This document shows positions 18,124 to 29,469 of a stretch of 64,000 bases of DNA, piece after piece. Under the pieces are notes generated by a model. The model was not told the origin of the DNA, did no database searches, and saw only the letters and a program-made list of their open reading frames with translations. Within the stretch, counting starts at the first letter, position 1. Each line of letters starts with the position of its first letter. A program made the position numbers and the translations under genes. The DNA comes from Trypanosoma brucei (Eukaryota), in the NCBI GenBank assembly GCA_000002445.1, contig CP000066.1:352001-416000 (forward strand), read 5' to 3'.

Positions 18124-19329
18124 GTGCGTGCAGATTCATACGTTGTGGCAATGCCGTGTGCCACTAAAGGAGAGGCTTCACCTCCCGTAACCACACCAGT
18201 GGGACGTGACGGGTGCCTTTGTGTCGTTACATGGCAGACTGCAGGGCGCATGTCACTACAAACATGTGCTTTGGAATCTGCTGCAGATGCACTAGTTTTC
18301 TTACGCAACAACTTACCGGGAATTGCACTGTGTGGTTTATGGGTGGACATGCAGAAGTGCAGTGAAGAAGAGCATCGGCAAGTTTTACAGCTGCTTTACC
18401 CAAACATGCAGCCGAGTCACGTGGAGGCTGTGCTTGCAAATGATATGTACGACGTGGTGGAGTTGCAACCTACGGAAGGTGAGTATGTTGTTGGCTGCCT
18501 TTCGTGTTCCCCGAGCCACGGCGGACCGTTTCCTGCTGCAACCGCTATGTCGCGCACTGAGTTAGGTTGCGAGGAAGGGGTTTTGTGCTCGTTTGTGTGT
18601 AGTGAGCGTGTACTACTGACGCTGCATACAGCACCGTTTGCCGGTCTCGCGGAGTTATTTCGTCATGTTCTGAGGGACAACTCCCAGTGGCCCATGAGTA
18701 TGTCGGCTATCCTTTGCACCCTCGTGTGTTACACATGCGAATTGAGCCTTCCCGATCCTACGGCCCTAATTGGGGAGGTGGATTGTATCGACGAGATGAT
18801 GCTGTTGGTTGCCCCGGGAAAGCGCGACCAAACGGATATGCTCCGACGGGTAGCTTTACTTCGCCGCCACCTTTCGGCATTGAACCGAAAGCTACAAGAA
18901 AAAGCGAAACTTATCTCAGAGATGACTGGTCCTGCAATGCGTACGACTTTTGTGTCACGTGAGTTGCATTTGGGTTATATGTATCGGGAGGCGCTTGAAG
19001 GACTTTCGCAAGTGCTGTCACGCCTCGAGTGTGCACAAGATACACTGGATCATGCAAACCTCAACTTTATGTACGCCATAACAATGCGGATGTCGCAGAC
19101 GTCAGCGGGTTGCGATCGCCAAGTTATGATTGTTAACAAGATTGCCACTATTTGCCTTCCAGCCATTCTGGTGGCCTCCTTGTTTGGAATGAACTGCAAG
19201 GTGCAGTGGGTGGCAGACGACTGCGACAGTCTTTACCCATTTTGGACTATTGTTGCTCTCATGATAGTTTGGATGGCTGCTCTCCTGTTTCAACCGGTCC
19301 GTGACCTCATCAGGGAAAAGGGTGGATAA
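18124..19329 (+). CDS. CorA/MRS2-family magnesium transporter-like protein (GMN motif), paralog 1. Start possibly at M10 (18151).
   Basis: C-terminal ...SLFGMNCKVQW... is followed by a hydrophobic transmembrane helix, the signature [FY]GMN plus two C-terminal TM helices. The N-terminal 176 aa are identical to the right-arm paralog and the C-terminal part is about 50% identical. Confidence 0.7.
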   Translation: MRADSYVVAMPCATKGEASPPVTTPVGRDGCLCVVTWQTAGRMSLQTCALESAADALVFLRNNLPGIALCGLWVDMQKCSEEEHRQVLQLLYPNMQPSHVEAVLANDMYDVVELQPTEGEYVVGCLSCSPSHGGPFPAATAMSRTELGCEEGVLCSFVCSERVLLTLHTAPFAGLAELFRHVLRDNSQWPMSMSAILCTLVCYTCELSLPDPTALIGEVDCIDEMMLLVAPGKRDQTDMLRRVALLRRHLSALNRKLQEKAKLISEMTGPAMRTTFVSRELHLGYMYREALEGLSQVLSRLECAQDTLDHANLNFMYAITMRMSQTSAGCDRQVMIVNKIATICLPAILVASLFGMNCKVQWVADDCDSLYPFWTIVALMIVWMAALLFQPVRDLIREKGG

Positions 19330-20818
19330 GCCACGAGGGTATCGTTGTTTTGTGCTTGAGGTTGAGATTAAAAACTCATCATTGAACGTTCTAACGGGTG
19401 TCGATCCTCGACTTGGGTGTAGTTTGCGATGTGTCCGGTGTGCCCCAAAGGGCGAGTGTGTAAAGTCACTTCATCATTTTGTTAATCTGTTGCTGTCCCC
19501 ATTTGTATGATCCGCACTTCCATGTGGTTGGCGGAGTTTCCCTAGCGCAGAAAGCGCTTAATTGAGTACCTCGTCTTTTCCTAAACCTTTGAAAAGGGGG
19601 AAATTGTGACCATATACGGAAAGCATACATTTAAAAGAAGGTGGAAAATGCGTCTTTCGGTCGAAAAGGAAAGTGTTGGGGGGCGAAGGTATGTTATTGT
19701 TCAGTGGAAGACCCTTCATCCTACCGGCGGGCTCACAAGTGATCGGCACCACCGCTACCACAAATGAAACCACTGATGACTATAACGTTTCACTCTTGTC
19801 GTACGAAATGTCTTGACGAAACTTATACTTCGTTTGATTCTGAATTATTTATTCCTTCCTTCACACCCTATCATTCGTCGCCCCTTATTTACTCTTTCCG
19901 TTGGAACAATGATGTGAATCTATCTGTGCAAATGACACCTCTAGTCTGAAACACAACATGACGCGAGCACAAATACAAGTTATCCCTGGCTGAGTAATCC
20001 AACTCCATTCTCTGTCCCTTCCCTAAGCAATTCATATCGAGTTCTCTACTGAGAGAATTCGCATATATTTTTTTTATTTCCCATGTAACAAGGTGTCTGA
20101 CGCCTTATTATATGCTGCTCAAGGCTGGTGTTACTCGTGAGTTTGCTCCCCGACGGCAACTTAAATTTTACCATAACACTTACGGAACTGTGTCTGTTGG
20201 TTGTTGACAGTGCCGAAGTTCAGTGCTCTTCCCTGATGAGTGTGAAGGTAAATGTCGCTACTTTCCCTCCGGTTGCTGAAACGGAGGTGCCAACGGGACT
20301 TGAGAGTGTGTTTAGATGGTTTCTTCCTTCAGTGGTGGGATACACTGCAGAGAAACTTGCAAAAAAATTTAACAGTATCTAAAACAATTTCATGACAAAG
20401 TTGACAATAAACAACTTTACGCCCATCCTTTCCCCGCCCCTGCTGGTGTTGCACGCAATGTTGTCGTTGGAGGGCTTTATGTCTTTCTGTTACAGAAGAA
20501 TGTCTCGCAACTCCTTTTCTCCACACTTCCCTGCGTATTTAATCGGGAACTAAAAGGATCACGGGGTTGCAGTAAGAGAAGACGTCGTTTCCATAAAGTT
20601 TGGGTCGAGGCGAGAGCAGCAGCGACATGTGGAGACAGAGTTTAAACAAATAGCACCAAATTATTAATTCTTCACTAAAGTCTTTAAAGTTCACTTACAG
20701 GTTTATACAAAGTGAAGAAATATGGCACGAAATAAAAAGCCATTGGACCACCATCTAGACAAACGGATTACCTGTAGGTTTTTGGAGGGATATTAACGCG
20801 TTCCGTTTCCCGCTTTCG

Positions 20819-21349
20819 TTGCCGCACATAATATGCCGGAAAAAATCCATGTTGAGTTACCACCGGATGGTCTTCTTTGCATATTTTCTCTCTTTAATTT
20901 TTGAGTCTTCTCCTTCTCCTCCTCCAATCACAAGCCTTCGTCTTTTTGAAAGTGCATCTCAGTGTGTAGGCAAAATGAGTTATATAATTGGCCATGTAAT
21001 GAAAAAGACGGTTTTTGTGCTAGTGTTTGCGATTGTTGCGGCATCCAAAAGTGATGAAGATGATAATGATGATGATTTTCGAGTACCCACATGTGAGCAA
21101 TTACTCCCACGGTGGCGGGACGATTTGATGTGCTGTGCTGAGAAGGTACGGGATAAAAACACTTGGTGTTGTGTCAACAACGTGTCAAAAAGCATGTGGA
21201 CTGCTTTAGAGGAATGTGCCAAACAATCCCCGCGTGATTTTACCACATACCCGTGTAGTTGTCTGTCGCAACAAATGATAGAAGCAAATGGTTGGACTGA
21301 AGAAAAGGAAAGAAGCATTAAGAATGCGGAGGAACGGGAATCGCAATAA
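20819..21349 (+). CDS. small Cys-rich acidic secreted protein. The likely true start is at 20975 (MSYIIG) or 20999 (MKKTVFVLVFAIVAAS signal peptide), giving a mature protein of about 100 aa with a poly-Asp/Glu tract.
   Basis: Conserved ORF in both inverted-repeat arms (46622-47161 on -). Signal-peptide-like hydrophobic stretch, 10 Cys, a DEDDNDDD tract. An upstream (GA)n(TA)n microsatellite follows the usual intergenic pattern. Confidence 0.45.
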   Translation: MPHIICRKKSMLSYHRMVFFAYFLSLIFESSPSPPPITSLRLFESASQCVGKMSYIIGHVMKKTVFVLVFAIVAASKSDEDDNDDDFRVPTCEQLLPRWRDDLMCCAEKVRDKNTWCCVNNVSKSMWTALEECAKQSPRDFTTYPCSCLSQQMIEANGWTEEKERSIKNAEERESQ

Positions 21350-22531
21350 AACATCAAGTGAGCTGGCAGCTGAAGAGGAAATTGTGGATTGAAAAGCGGA
21401 ACAAGCAATAAAGGAAGTTAGCTCGGCAACCTAGTTAGGCACACGTTTGGGAGTAAGACCAACCTCATGAAAAGAATAATCCTTACAGTAAGCAAATGAG
21501 AAGATGAAACAGATACATCAGTATCAAAAAAGGAGAGTCTGTCCCCCCCTCCCTTTACATTTGGTGACACCACTTCTCTTTATTGCTTTTACTTCATTAC
21601 TTATTTTATTTTAAGGTTTATCCATTGTGGGTTGTTTCTAGTTGCTATTTCACGATTTGTTTCATGCCAAACATGTACATGTCCCTTCGATAAGAAACAA
21701 GGTTTTCGAGTTGCAATGTTCATGTTGTTGCATGTGTATAAAGTTGGGCACTATTCCCTTTTATCCGCATCCGCAACTTCATCACTGTTTTGTGCAAGGA
21801 GGGGAGGGGAGGTATTTTAGCAAATTCTTTTCAGAATAATGTGAAACATAATTGGGAAACGCAATAAAACAAGGTAATGATGGGACGATGTGATGTGATG
21901 TTTTTGTTGTTGTTTTTGTTATTCTCGATTGTAGTTGATACCGCTAATTTTTTTTAACTTTTCAATACGGGGATGCATACATTTGATCGCTTTGCCTCCT
22001 TGATGTTGTGTACCTCTTATGAAATTATGTGTAGCATATCCTCCATGGGCTTTAATTCTTTTGATAGTAGTTGGTTGTCCCCCATTTGTAAAGTGTTGTC
22101 CACAAGATTTCTCCACAATAGATTTTGATCTGCTTGAAAACACGTTTTTTTTTATATTATGGTACAATAATATGTCACTCTTACAAACGTCACCTACAAA
22201 CGCATTACCATTATTAGTTGTTGAATATGTTTGCCCATTAGGCGAAGTGCTGGAGGTGCAAATGATAGTGAATAAACGGATTGAATTTTTGCACATTTAT
22301 GCTGAAGTAGATTATATTATGCGTAAATGAGTGTGTTTGGTTATTGGTGATTCCCCTTGTGAGGGGAATGGAAAAATTACGCTTAAGTTACATGCGGTGC
22401 TGGTGGAAACTTTAGTTTCCGTAATAAAGGCCACCATCGGTAACTTGGCTTACTTTCTTCTTTGTATTATGAAATTGGTGTGTCTGTGCTTTTACTTTTG
22501 ATTTTTCGAAAAAGGACAAAAGAAATAAAGG

Positions 22532-23629
22532 ATGCGGATATATTTCTCATTTATTGTCGTATTGTTGACTGGGACAGTGGAAAGTTCAAAAGCAGGAAAG
22601 AAGGGTTCACAAATATTGAATGAAAACGAGTTTAAAACATTATGTGGATTTGTCAATCTGACGTTTGAAATACAGAAATTGGCGAGTGAAGGAAAGCCAA
22701 CACTTGGAGGATTGAAACCTGAAAGTGTTAACGAGTCCGTGAATACCATTTTGTACGGCAACAAAGGCAGCACCGAAATTGGTTTCGAAGGCGAAAACGA
22801 CAGGAAAGATTACTGCGGGGACAGGCAAAATCGAGCCCACAAATATGCGGGGAAAAGCTTAATAAAGGATATTTTGTGTCTATGTAAACCCCACAGAAGG
22901 CAGGGCCAAAACGGGGCTGGTGCAGAAGATCTGTGTTTTAGCGGTAACAAGTGGTACAAGGGCGGTGAGGTGTGGAGCAATAAAGAGCAAGCTAAGCAGC
23001 ATTGGGAGAAAATAAGGTTGCATTGTAACCAACTTCCGAAACGGGAGCAACATATACAAAATCAATTATACCACTTAAAGGAAAAAGTTCAAGCAGTACT
23101 GAGAACAGCGACAGAAAAGAAGGGAAGGGAATCAGATCAAAACATACGACTCGGGGGTCATCAGGCAACAGAAGTGAAGCAATGCTCAGCAACCACTGGA
23201 AAGGGTAATTCGGTGTGTTTGATGTATAACATCACTTCCGGCACACTCACCAACCATAGCATCCCCTGGTTAAAGCATCTTGAAGAACTTGCCGAGAAAA
23301 TACCGAATGATACACGAACCAATTTGGGCACGAGTGAAAACGACGTCGAAACCGTTCCAAATGGAGTTGGAGATGCCGCACCTTCAACGGACCGAAAGAT
23401 TAACGAAGGCATTCGCACTAATGATGATAATAACAATAATAATGATAATGATAATATTAATTACAAGCACAATGATGGTAATAACACTGAATATAATCTA
23501 GAAGATCCACTAATGAATGAAAGCGGAACTAATACATCCGCAGAACCACAAACACGACCACTTTGGTCAGTAAATGGGAACCCTAACCCTAACCCTTTAA
23601 AAATACTTCTTTTACTGCTCTTAAATTAA
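22532..23629 (+). CDS. surface protein A: 365-aa putative GPI-anchored, N-glycosylated secreted glycoprotein (N-terminal signal peptide, C-terminal LKILLLLLLN hydrophobic tail), left-arm copy
   Basis: Signal peptide MRIYFSFIVVLLTGTVES. About 8 NxS/T sequons. Conserved Cys including a DILCLCKP motif. Asn/Asp-rich low-complexity region (NDDNNNNNDNDN). Short hydrophobic C-terminus typical of a GPI addition signal. Distantly related to gene B (shared NxxEFKTLCG and LCLC motifs). Confidence 0.7.
   Translation: MRIYFSFIVVLLTGTVESSKAGKKGSQILNENEFKTLCGFVNLTFEIQKLASEGKPTLGGLKPESVNESVNTILYGNKGSTEIGFEGENDRKDYCGDRQNRAHKYAGKSLIKDILCLCKPHRRQGQNGAGAEDLCFSGNKWYKGGEVWSNKEQAKQHWEKIRLHCNQLPKREQHIQNQLYHLKEKVQAVLRTATEKKGRESDQNIRLGGHQATEVKQCSATTGKGNSVCLMYNITSGTLTNHSIPWLKHLEELAEKIPNDTRTNLGTSENDVETVPNGVGDAAPSTDRKINEGIRTNDDNNNNNDNDNINYKHNDGNNTEYNLEDPLMNESGTNTSAEPQTRPLWSVNGNPNPNPLKILLLLLLN
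23583..23599. repeat. short telomere-like repeat (CCCTAA)x2.5 inside the 3' end of gene A (mirror copy TTAGGG x2.5 at 44378-44394)
   Basis: aaccctaaccctaaccc read directly. It encodes the NPNPNP just before the GPI signal. Confidence 0.6.
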
Positions 23630-26600
23630 AAATATATGCATATAAATATTAAAACTATTATATTTATGATGAGATACATGGGTTTTTTTAATACCGTCGG
23701 AAAAATTAATCAAATGTTTCTGTTTCAATATGTGCTTCCCTTTGGATGGCATAAAATATAATGGGGGGTGTGCAAGGTGTAATGTAAACATTTTTAGTTT
23801 TCGCTGTGGTGGCAGATGCTTACATATATTAAAATGATTTTATCGTTTCAGTGCCTAAGCCGTTTCTGCTTTGATGTCGGTGAGTGCCGAGCGAATTCGC
23901 GGATGATGTGCTGTACGAGTGGGGGATTACGTAAATAATTGATTTTTCGACTTATGTAAAGAAACGTATTTCGACATGCTTAAGATATTTTAAGTTAGGG
24001 AAATGTATACCCTTAAATGCATGCGGAGAGCGGCGGCAGGTGCTGTCGTCCACATTTTCCACAACGCTGAATACGACAGTACAGGCGAAAAAATTGCGAC
24101 AACATTCGTGAAGTGGGGGACTTGTATGTAAAGGTCCGAGAATTAAAAAAGTGTGGGTAAGCTTATGCAGATTAGGTCCCGAGTCCCCGTGACTCCTTTT
24201 CTATCAAATCTAGTGCATGCTGCGAGGACACCTTTTTGAGGTACTCCGACGCTGCGTTTTTAACGTCATTAATATCATTTGGGAATTTGAGCAATGAGGT
24301 AAGCGGTTGAGTTAGTGGGTAAGAATATTGCTTACTGGTAAGTGTGTTCTTAGGTTCAACTTACCAAATCAGGTAGATGTTGCCGATGTGTATGCCGGAG
24401 GGAGGTGGAAATGCAAGAGAGGGAGCCACTTCATTATTACATTTTTCGCGGATATGCAAGACGGTCACCTGCAAAGAATTTTGCTACGCGACTGAAAACA
24501 GAGAAAACAGAGTGTGTATAGGCTGAAGTATCAAAAAGGGGAGGCAAGTTCCCAGGGGGTGTTCTAGTATAAATGGCCCGAAAATTGAGAAAAAAAAGAT
24601 CGGGTACTGATTATCCAGTTAATGGCCTAAGACTGCTTGTGGTTGAGGTGTCTGTGTTTTCCCTAATTCATTCTCCTCTGGAGATGCAAATAAATTCATG
24701 TTTGGTGGTGTACTATATGACCGAAAGTTGTGTTCTTTGAGAATAATAAGGCGGTTGTATGCGGCTTCGTTTATGAGGAGCCGTAACGATTTGGGGCGAC
24801 TCTCCGCGATGGAGCGATGAGGGAGTTCACCGCCACCCGAGGGGGTTTTGGTCGATTTTGGAGATTTTGTAACATTGGGGCAGGGGCGAGAGAGTACTGA
24901 GGATATGTTAAGTATCCTTTCTCATAATTTGACTTAAAAGCGAAGTCTTACGTGGGGAGGAACGAGAGGTTACGTTGAACTTGTGCGTGCTTCCAGTTAG
25001 TATTCTGCTGGCTGTGTGGATGCACAACTTGAACCTGACTTACTTTTACCATATGCGGGAGACGGCGTATTCATGTCGACGAAATGTGGTGGTATCTGGG
25101 TATTGATCATATTGCCCGTTTGGCGCATCTACGATAACAATAGTGATGAGAGAGGTGTGCTGATTGCGTACGATGGTGCAACGTTATTTCAGGGGCAGTA
25201 TCGAAGTTGTATAATTTCATGTGCAGGCGAGTAGGATTGCTGGGAAGGAGAGTTTGTGTATGGTGCGTGTGCGAGAGTAAGGGCTATACGGCACCATAGC
25301 GAACTAAAGTGACTGAACTTATTTTCTCATTTGGTGCAAGGTCGCAGCGCAAACCAGCCACGAGTGGCACTCCCATAATAGGCGGCTCGTCGATACGTCA
25401 TGTGTATACTTCCAGAAAAAGTGCTCGTGCGGAGTAAGCAAAAACGTCATGTATATGGTTAGTGTTCACACGTTGGGAGCACAGTGTTTTATACCGAGAA
25501 GATATGGGTAATATTGCATATACAGTGGGTTTTTTTTAGCAAAGTAAGGAGTAACTTAGCAAACGGGTTGTGTGAAATGGCGTCTTTTTTCGGTGATGCC
25601 ACAATCGTCTGTGATGGCGAGGGAGGGAGGGTTGACATCAACGTAACCAATGTGAGTGTCTTCTGGACTGATGTGAGGAGCAGTGGAGTTCTGCTATTTG
25701 GAAGGATAACGAATGACAGGTATATTAACGTTCACAGAGGTAGACTAGATGCCAGGCTGCTTCTATTTCTCGTTCCTTCCTCGTGGTGACCGCGCCGCCG
25801 TTCTGCCCACAAATATGCATTACGTGTAAGTGGTGGTAAAGAAAGGGGGGATTGTTTACCTATCCCTCATGAAAGGACGTGTTAAAGGCGAAATGGCTTC
25901 TCAAAAGTGCAGAGAATGTTTTCTAGGTGGAGCACCGTCTTTCTGAGAACCGCGAGCAAGGGCTCACCCAGTTTGGTCAAGTGTTGTCTGCTTCATTTTC
26001 TATGCTTTGGTGTACCTCGCCTTTACAGTTTGAGGTGAAAGGGGAACATAATTAACTTAACCGCCCCCGCTCATTTGCACTCTGACTTCCGCAGTATGTG
26101 TTGTTTCTGCGTGGGCGTAGAGGAGCTGTTAGGCGAGTGGTGCCTTCACATTACGGAGGGATGAAATAACGAATGACAGACTGCAGTTTGTTTTTAACGT
26201 AACATGCATCTTTCTTTAGGTAGCGGACGTTGAACCCGCAGAAAGTGTGTTATTGTGACGTTAGAGGAAGAGGCAAGTCAAAAGATAAGCGGATACTAAC
26301 TAAACACTTTCGAGGCCGCCTGCATGGATAAATGGATAAATCAAGAGAAACAACAGATAAAACACGAGAATTACCTTTTATCGCGCGTCGCTCCTGCAGT
26401 AGGACGACCTTCTTCAGAATTCCTGGGCACAACTGCTGTCAGTACGTCCAGCAGGCTAGCTCGGGAAGAAAACTTAACCATAGTCTTCAACATACGCGCA
26501 TAAGTTCCTTTTGATTAAACAACCGGGTGGGATGGTTTTCCATCGTTTCCAGTCTACCAAGGGCAAATAGAAAAGCGGCAGCACCGCATTCATAACGCGA

Positions 26601-27404
26601 TTCATGCAGTGAGGACTCCTTCCTCGCCATCCGCGGCATGCCTTTTATACAATAAGGATCGCGCGACTCCGTGCTGCCTCCGCAGCCAAATAATTTTATC
26701 GTCGGCACCGTTTTGGTTCTACAGGGAAGGAGTGCCAGGCTTCAAACAAGTGCGGACATTTTGTGTTTGGGAAAGTGCTTTGTACCCCCGTCCCACACCA
26801 CCACCACTTTATGATTGCAGCAGAAAACATTCTTGAGGGGCCCGCCCACCTAGTGTCGAAAGTTGAGGGAACAGCACTTTCTTTACTCCTTGTAACGGTT
26901 GCAATTCTGAATTTCCTTCCGGTAAGTGACCTAATGGTAACGGGCAAGGTGCTGTCGCTTTCCTTGCTGCACTGGAAGGTGTCGAAAAGGGGGTGTCCTT
27001 CCTGTTGTCGGCACAGAAGTGGCATGGGTGAAGGTGGAAACAAAATGTGGGGAGAAGTATCAAACTTCAGTCAAAGGGCCTGTGCGTTGTTTGCATTGGT
27101 GGTACACGATGCCTGGAAGGTAAAAAAAAAGCGGCACATCGCGATTGGGAGCACTACTTGACCATTTGCGGTGCGGCGTGTGTAACACTAAAATATAAAA
27201 CAGTGATCGTGGGTAAGCAACAAACGACTGAACAGATTTATTATCTGGCCTCGCCTACTTGTATGTTGTGGTCCCTCGCTTCTTTTCCAATGTTCTTACC
27301 CACTCATCACTTCATATCATGCGTGGCTGAGTGTGAATTTCCCTACGTTCTATTGATACTGTCTTTTTCATTCTCATGTAGTCGCGTGTGCGGGACGCGC
27401 AAAC

Positions 27405-28307
27405 TTGTTGGATCTGAAAATGACGAGTGCTTCAAAAAAATCAACGGAAGAAAATAGTGAGGAAGTGGAATGTACCAATAGCTCCAGGAAACGGCGGATG
27501 AGACAGAGGGAACGGAACATATACATCTCGGAATGCCATGGAATAAAGGAGCTATCGTCGCTCGTACGTCGCGGGTTCCAGCAGATAATGACGGCGAGAG
27601 GGTTGTTTATATCTGGGTGCCCTGATCTCGTAAAACTGGATGATGGGACCAGTGGGGAAGAAGAGGGGGGAGAATATTACAGGCAGCTGGAAGAAGTCCA
27701 AGTTAGCAGGTGCCCTCGACTCACCGATTTAAGCGGGTTGGGGAAGTGCAAGTACTTGAAGGTGGTTGATATTTCTGACTGCCGAAAACTGGAAAACATA
27801 GGGGAACTTAAAAGTTGTCGAACACTGGAGAAACTCGCGCTCTCACGGTGCACAGGCTTGGTGGATGTGAATTTGAGGGGATTTGGTAAGTTGTTATCTT
27901 TCGATATTTTCAAATGTGCGAACTTGACAAAGATATGCGGACTTTTCGGATGCCCCATACTAGAAACATTAACCGTTGAGGAGTGTGGAGACGTGAAAGA
28001 AATGGAGGTACGAACTATACGAGGACGGGTGGAAACGCTGAGAATTGCAGGGAAGAGGGCTATGGAAAATGTGGGATTTTTGTGCCTCTTCACCAATATG
28101 AAAAAGCTCGCACTATGTGGGTGTGTTGGGACTGTCGCGGAGGTACTCGGAGAGGAGGCCGGTGGGCTTCCCCGTCTAAAATGGTTGGAGTTGATTGGCA
28201 TCCGCATGGAAAGGCAAATGAAGGATAAGCCTGGAAATGGTGTTGCAGCGACTGAGGAAGGAAATAACGCTAAACGGGTATTACCAATGATTGTTCAGAA
28301 CGAATGA
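27405..28307 (+). CDS. leucine-rich repeat protein (LRRP/ESAG8-like), short 300-aa member or fragment
   Basis: Tandem ~23-aa LRRs with the LxxCxxLxxL pattern (LSGLGKCKYLKVVDISDCRKLENIGELKSCRTLEKLALSRCTGL...), the same type as the 816-aa neighbour. The N-terminus is basic and its extent is uncertain. Confidence 0.5.
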   Translation: MLDLKMTSASKKSTEENSEEVECTNSSRKRRMRQRERNIYISECHGIKELSSLVRRGFQQIMTARGLFISGCPDLVKLDDGTSGEEEGGEYYRQLEEVQVSRCPRLTDLSGLGKCKYLKVVDISDCRKLENIGELKSCRTLEKLALSRCTGLVDVNLRGFGKLLSFDIFKCANLTKICGLFGCPILETLTVEECGDVKEMEVRTIRGRVETLRIAGKRAMENVGFLCLFTNMKKLALCGCVGTVAEVLGEEAGGLPRLKWLELIGIRMERQMKDKPGNGVAATEEGNNAKRVLPMIVQNE

Positions 28308-29469
28308 TCACCATCTTGACTAGCTGGTAAACTCATCGACAGTGATATGGGGCTGAAAACTATCACAGTCTCTCTTTGGAACAGCCTTTCTCGCACGCCA
28401 GATGGATATTACCACAGCGGGGTTTGTCATGTAATTACAGTGTGTATCTGAGTTTGAACGCGAGAATGGCCGGAAATTTTGTAGTTGTTGGTGTTTGTGG
28501 TTTCCTACGCAGGAAACCTTGTGATGGCGACAATTTCTTTAAACCAGTGCAAGTAGGCAGGAACACTGAACTGATTCAGTGCCACCTCAAAGTTGTTGAA
28601 AAGGTAGCCTGCGCCCAATAAGACCTTAAACAGACTTGCTATACGGTTCCTTTCGAAGTGGAAAACACGTTGTAGAGAGTAACTGTTAGTAAAAAAAAAC
28701 ACTATTACGAGATGACTAGGCGTGTGTGTGTGTGCAGGGGTGGTATTAAATTCTTATGTGTACTTGGGTGTTGTAGGTGTCTCTTATGGGAATTTCAAGA
28801 GTGGTCACTTGTTTGCCAGCGCGTGTGAGTGAGAAAAGGTTGTCGAGTGGGACGGCTTTTAAACTGCTTTATGAAAATGTGTATGTGGAAAAGTGTGCAT
28901 GGTGGGTAGTTGGTGCGATCCAACTTCAGGAAGTACCCGGTGACAATCAGCCATGTGGCGTGGGCGACCAAAAAAAACAAAGTTGGCAGATATTTTTTGT
29001 ACGTGGGGGAGTTGGGTTATGGAAAAAGCATATCATCAGCGCCATCGGGGGTTGGGAGGAGGCTGATAAAGTGAGAAGTGGGAGCGTTTAGGCTGTCTCC
29101 GGTGGTTTGTTTCACTTACAGTGGAAGTTGTCCGCCTTCTACCGATATTATGAGAGCCATGATAAACGCAGAGAAAGCAGTTGTCCCACCTATGCTTATA
29201 GGTACGTCGTTTCTATTGGCACACAACTGGAATACGTAAAGAGTTATGTGTTTTATAAACTCACGCGCATTTGTCGAGGAGATTGAAAAATTATGCAGAA
29301 AAGAAAACAGGGTAGTAATGTGTTGAATTTTATTCTGAAGACATACGTGTATGTCTACGACGGCTGTTAGTTGCGAAGAGCTGGTTGTTTTTCTCTGCTA
29401 TTGTCTCTGCTGCTTTACCTACCGTTTTTCCTTGATTTTCCTTGAAGCGTGTTAGGGAAAGTTCCATAG

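Larger units (their letters stand above)
17687..23830. repeat. Left arm of a large inverted duplication (partner 44140-49707). Two near-100%-identical blocks (17687-18672 and 20817-23830) are separated by a homeologous ~50%-identity block (18673-20816).
   Basis: The reverse complement of the right arm matches base for base. Coordinate sums are constant (67394 for the outer block, 67970-67982 for the inner block). Every ORF in the left arm has a mirror-image copy in the right arm in the ORF track. Confidence 0.95.

Noticed and set aside
21919-22296. 125-aa ORF on the - strand in the left arm. Its right-arm counterpart (45676-45954) has a frameshift (A9 vs A8).
   Set aside because: It runs opposite to the local transcription direction in both arms. 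The reading frame is not preserved between the otherwise identical arms, so it is unlikely to be protein coding.
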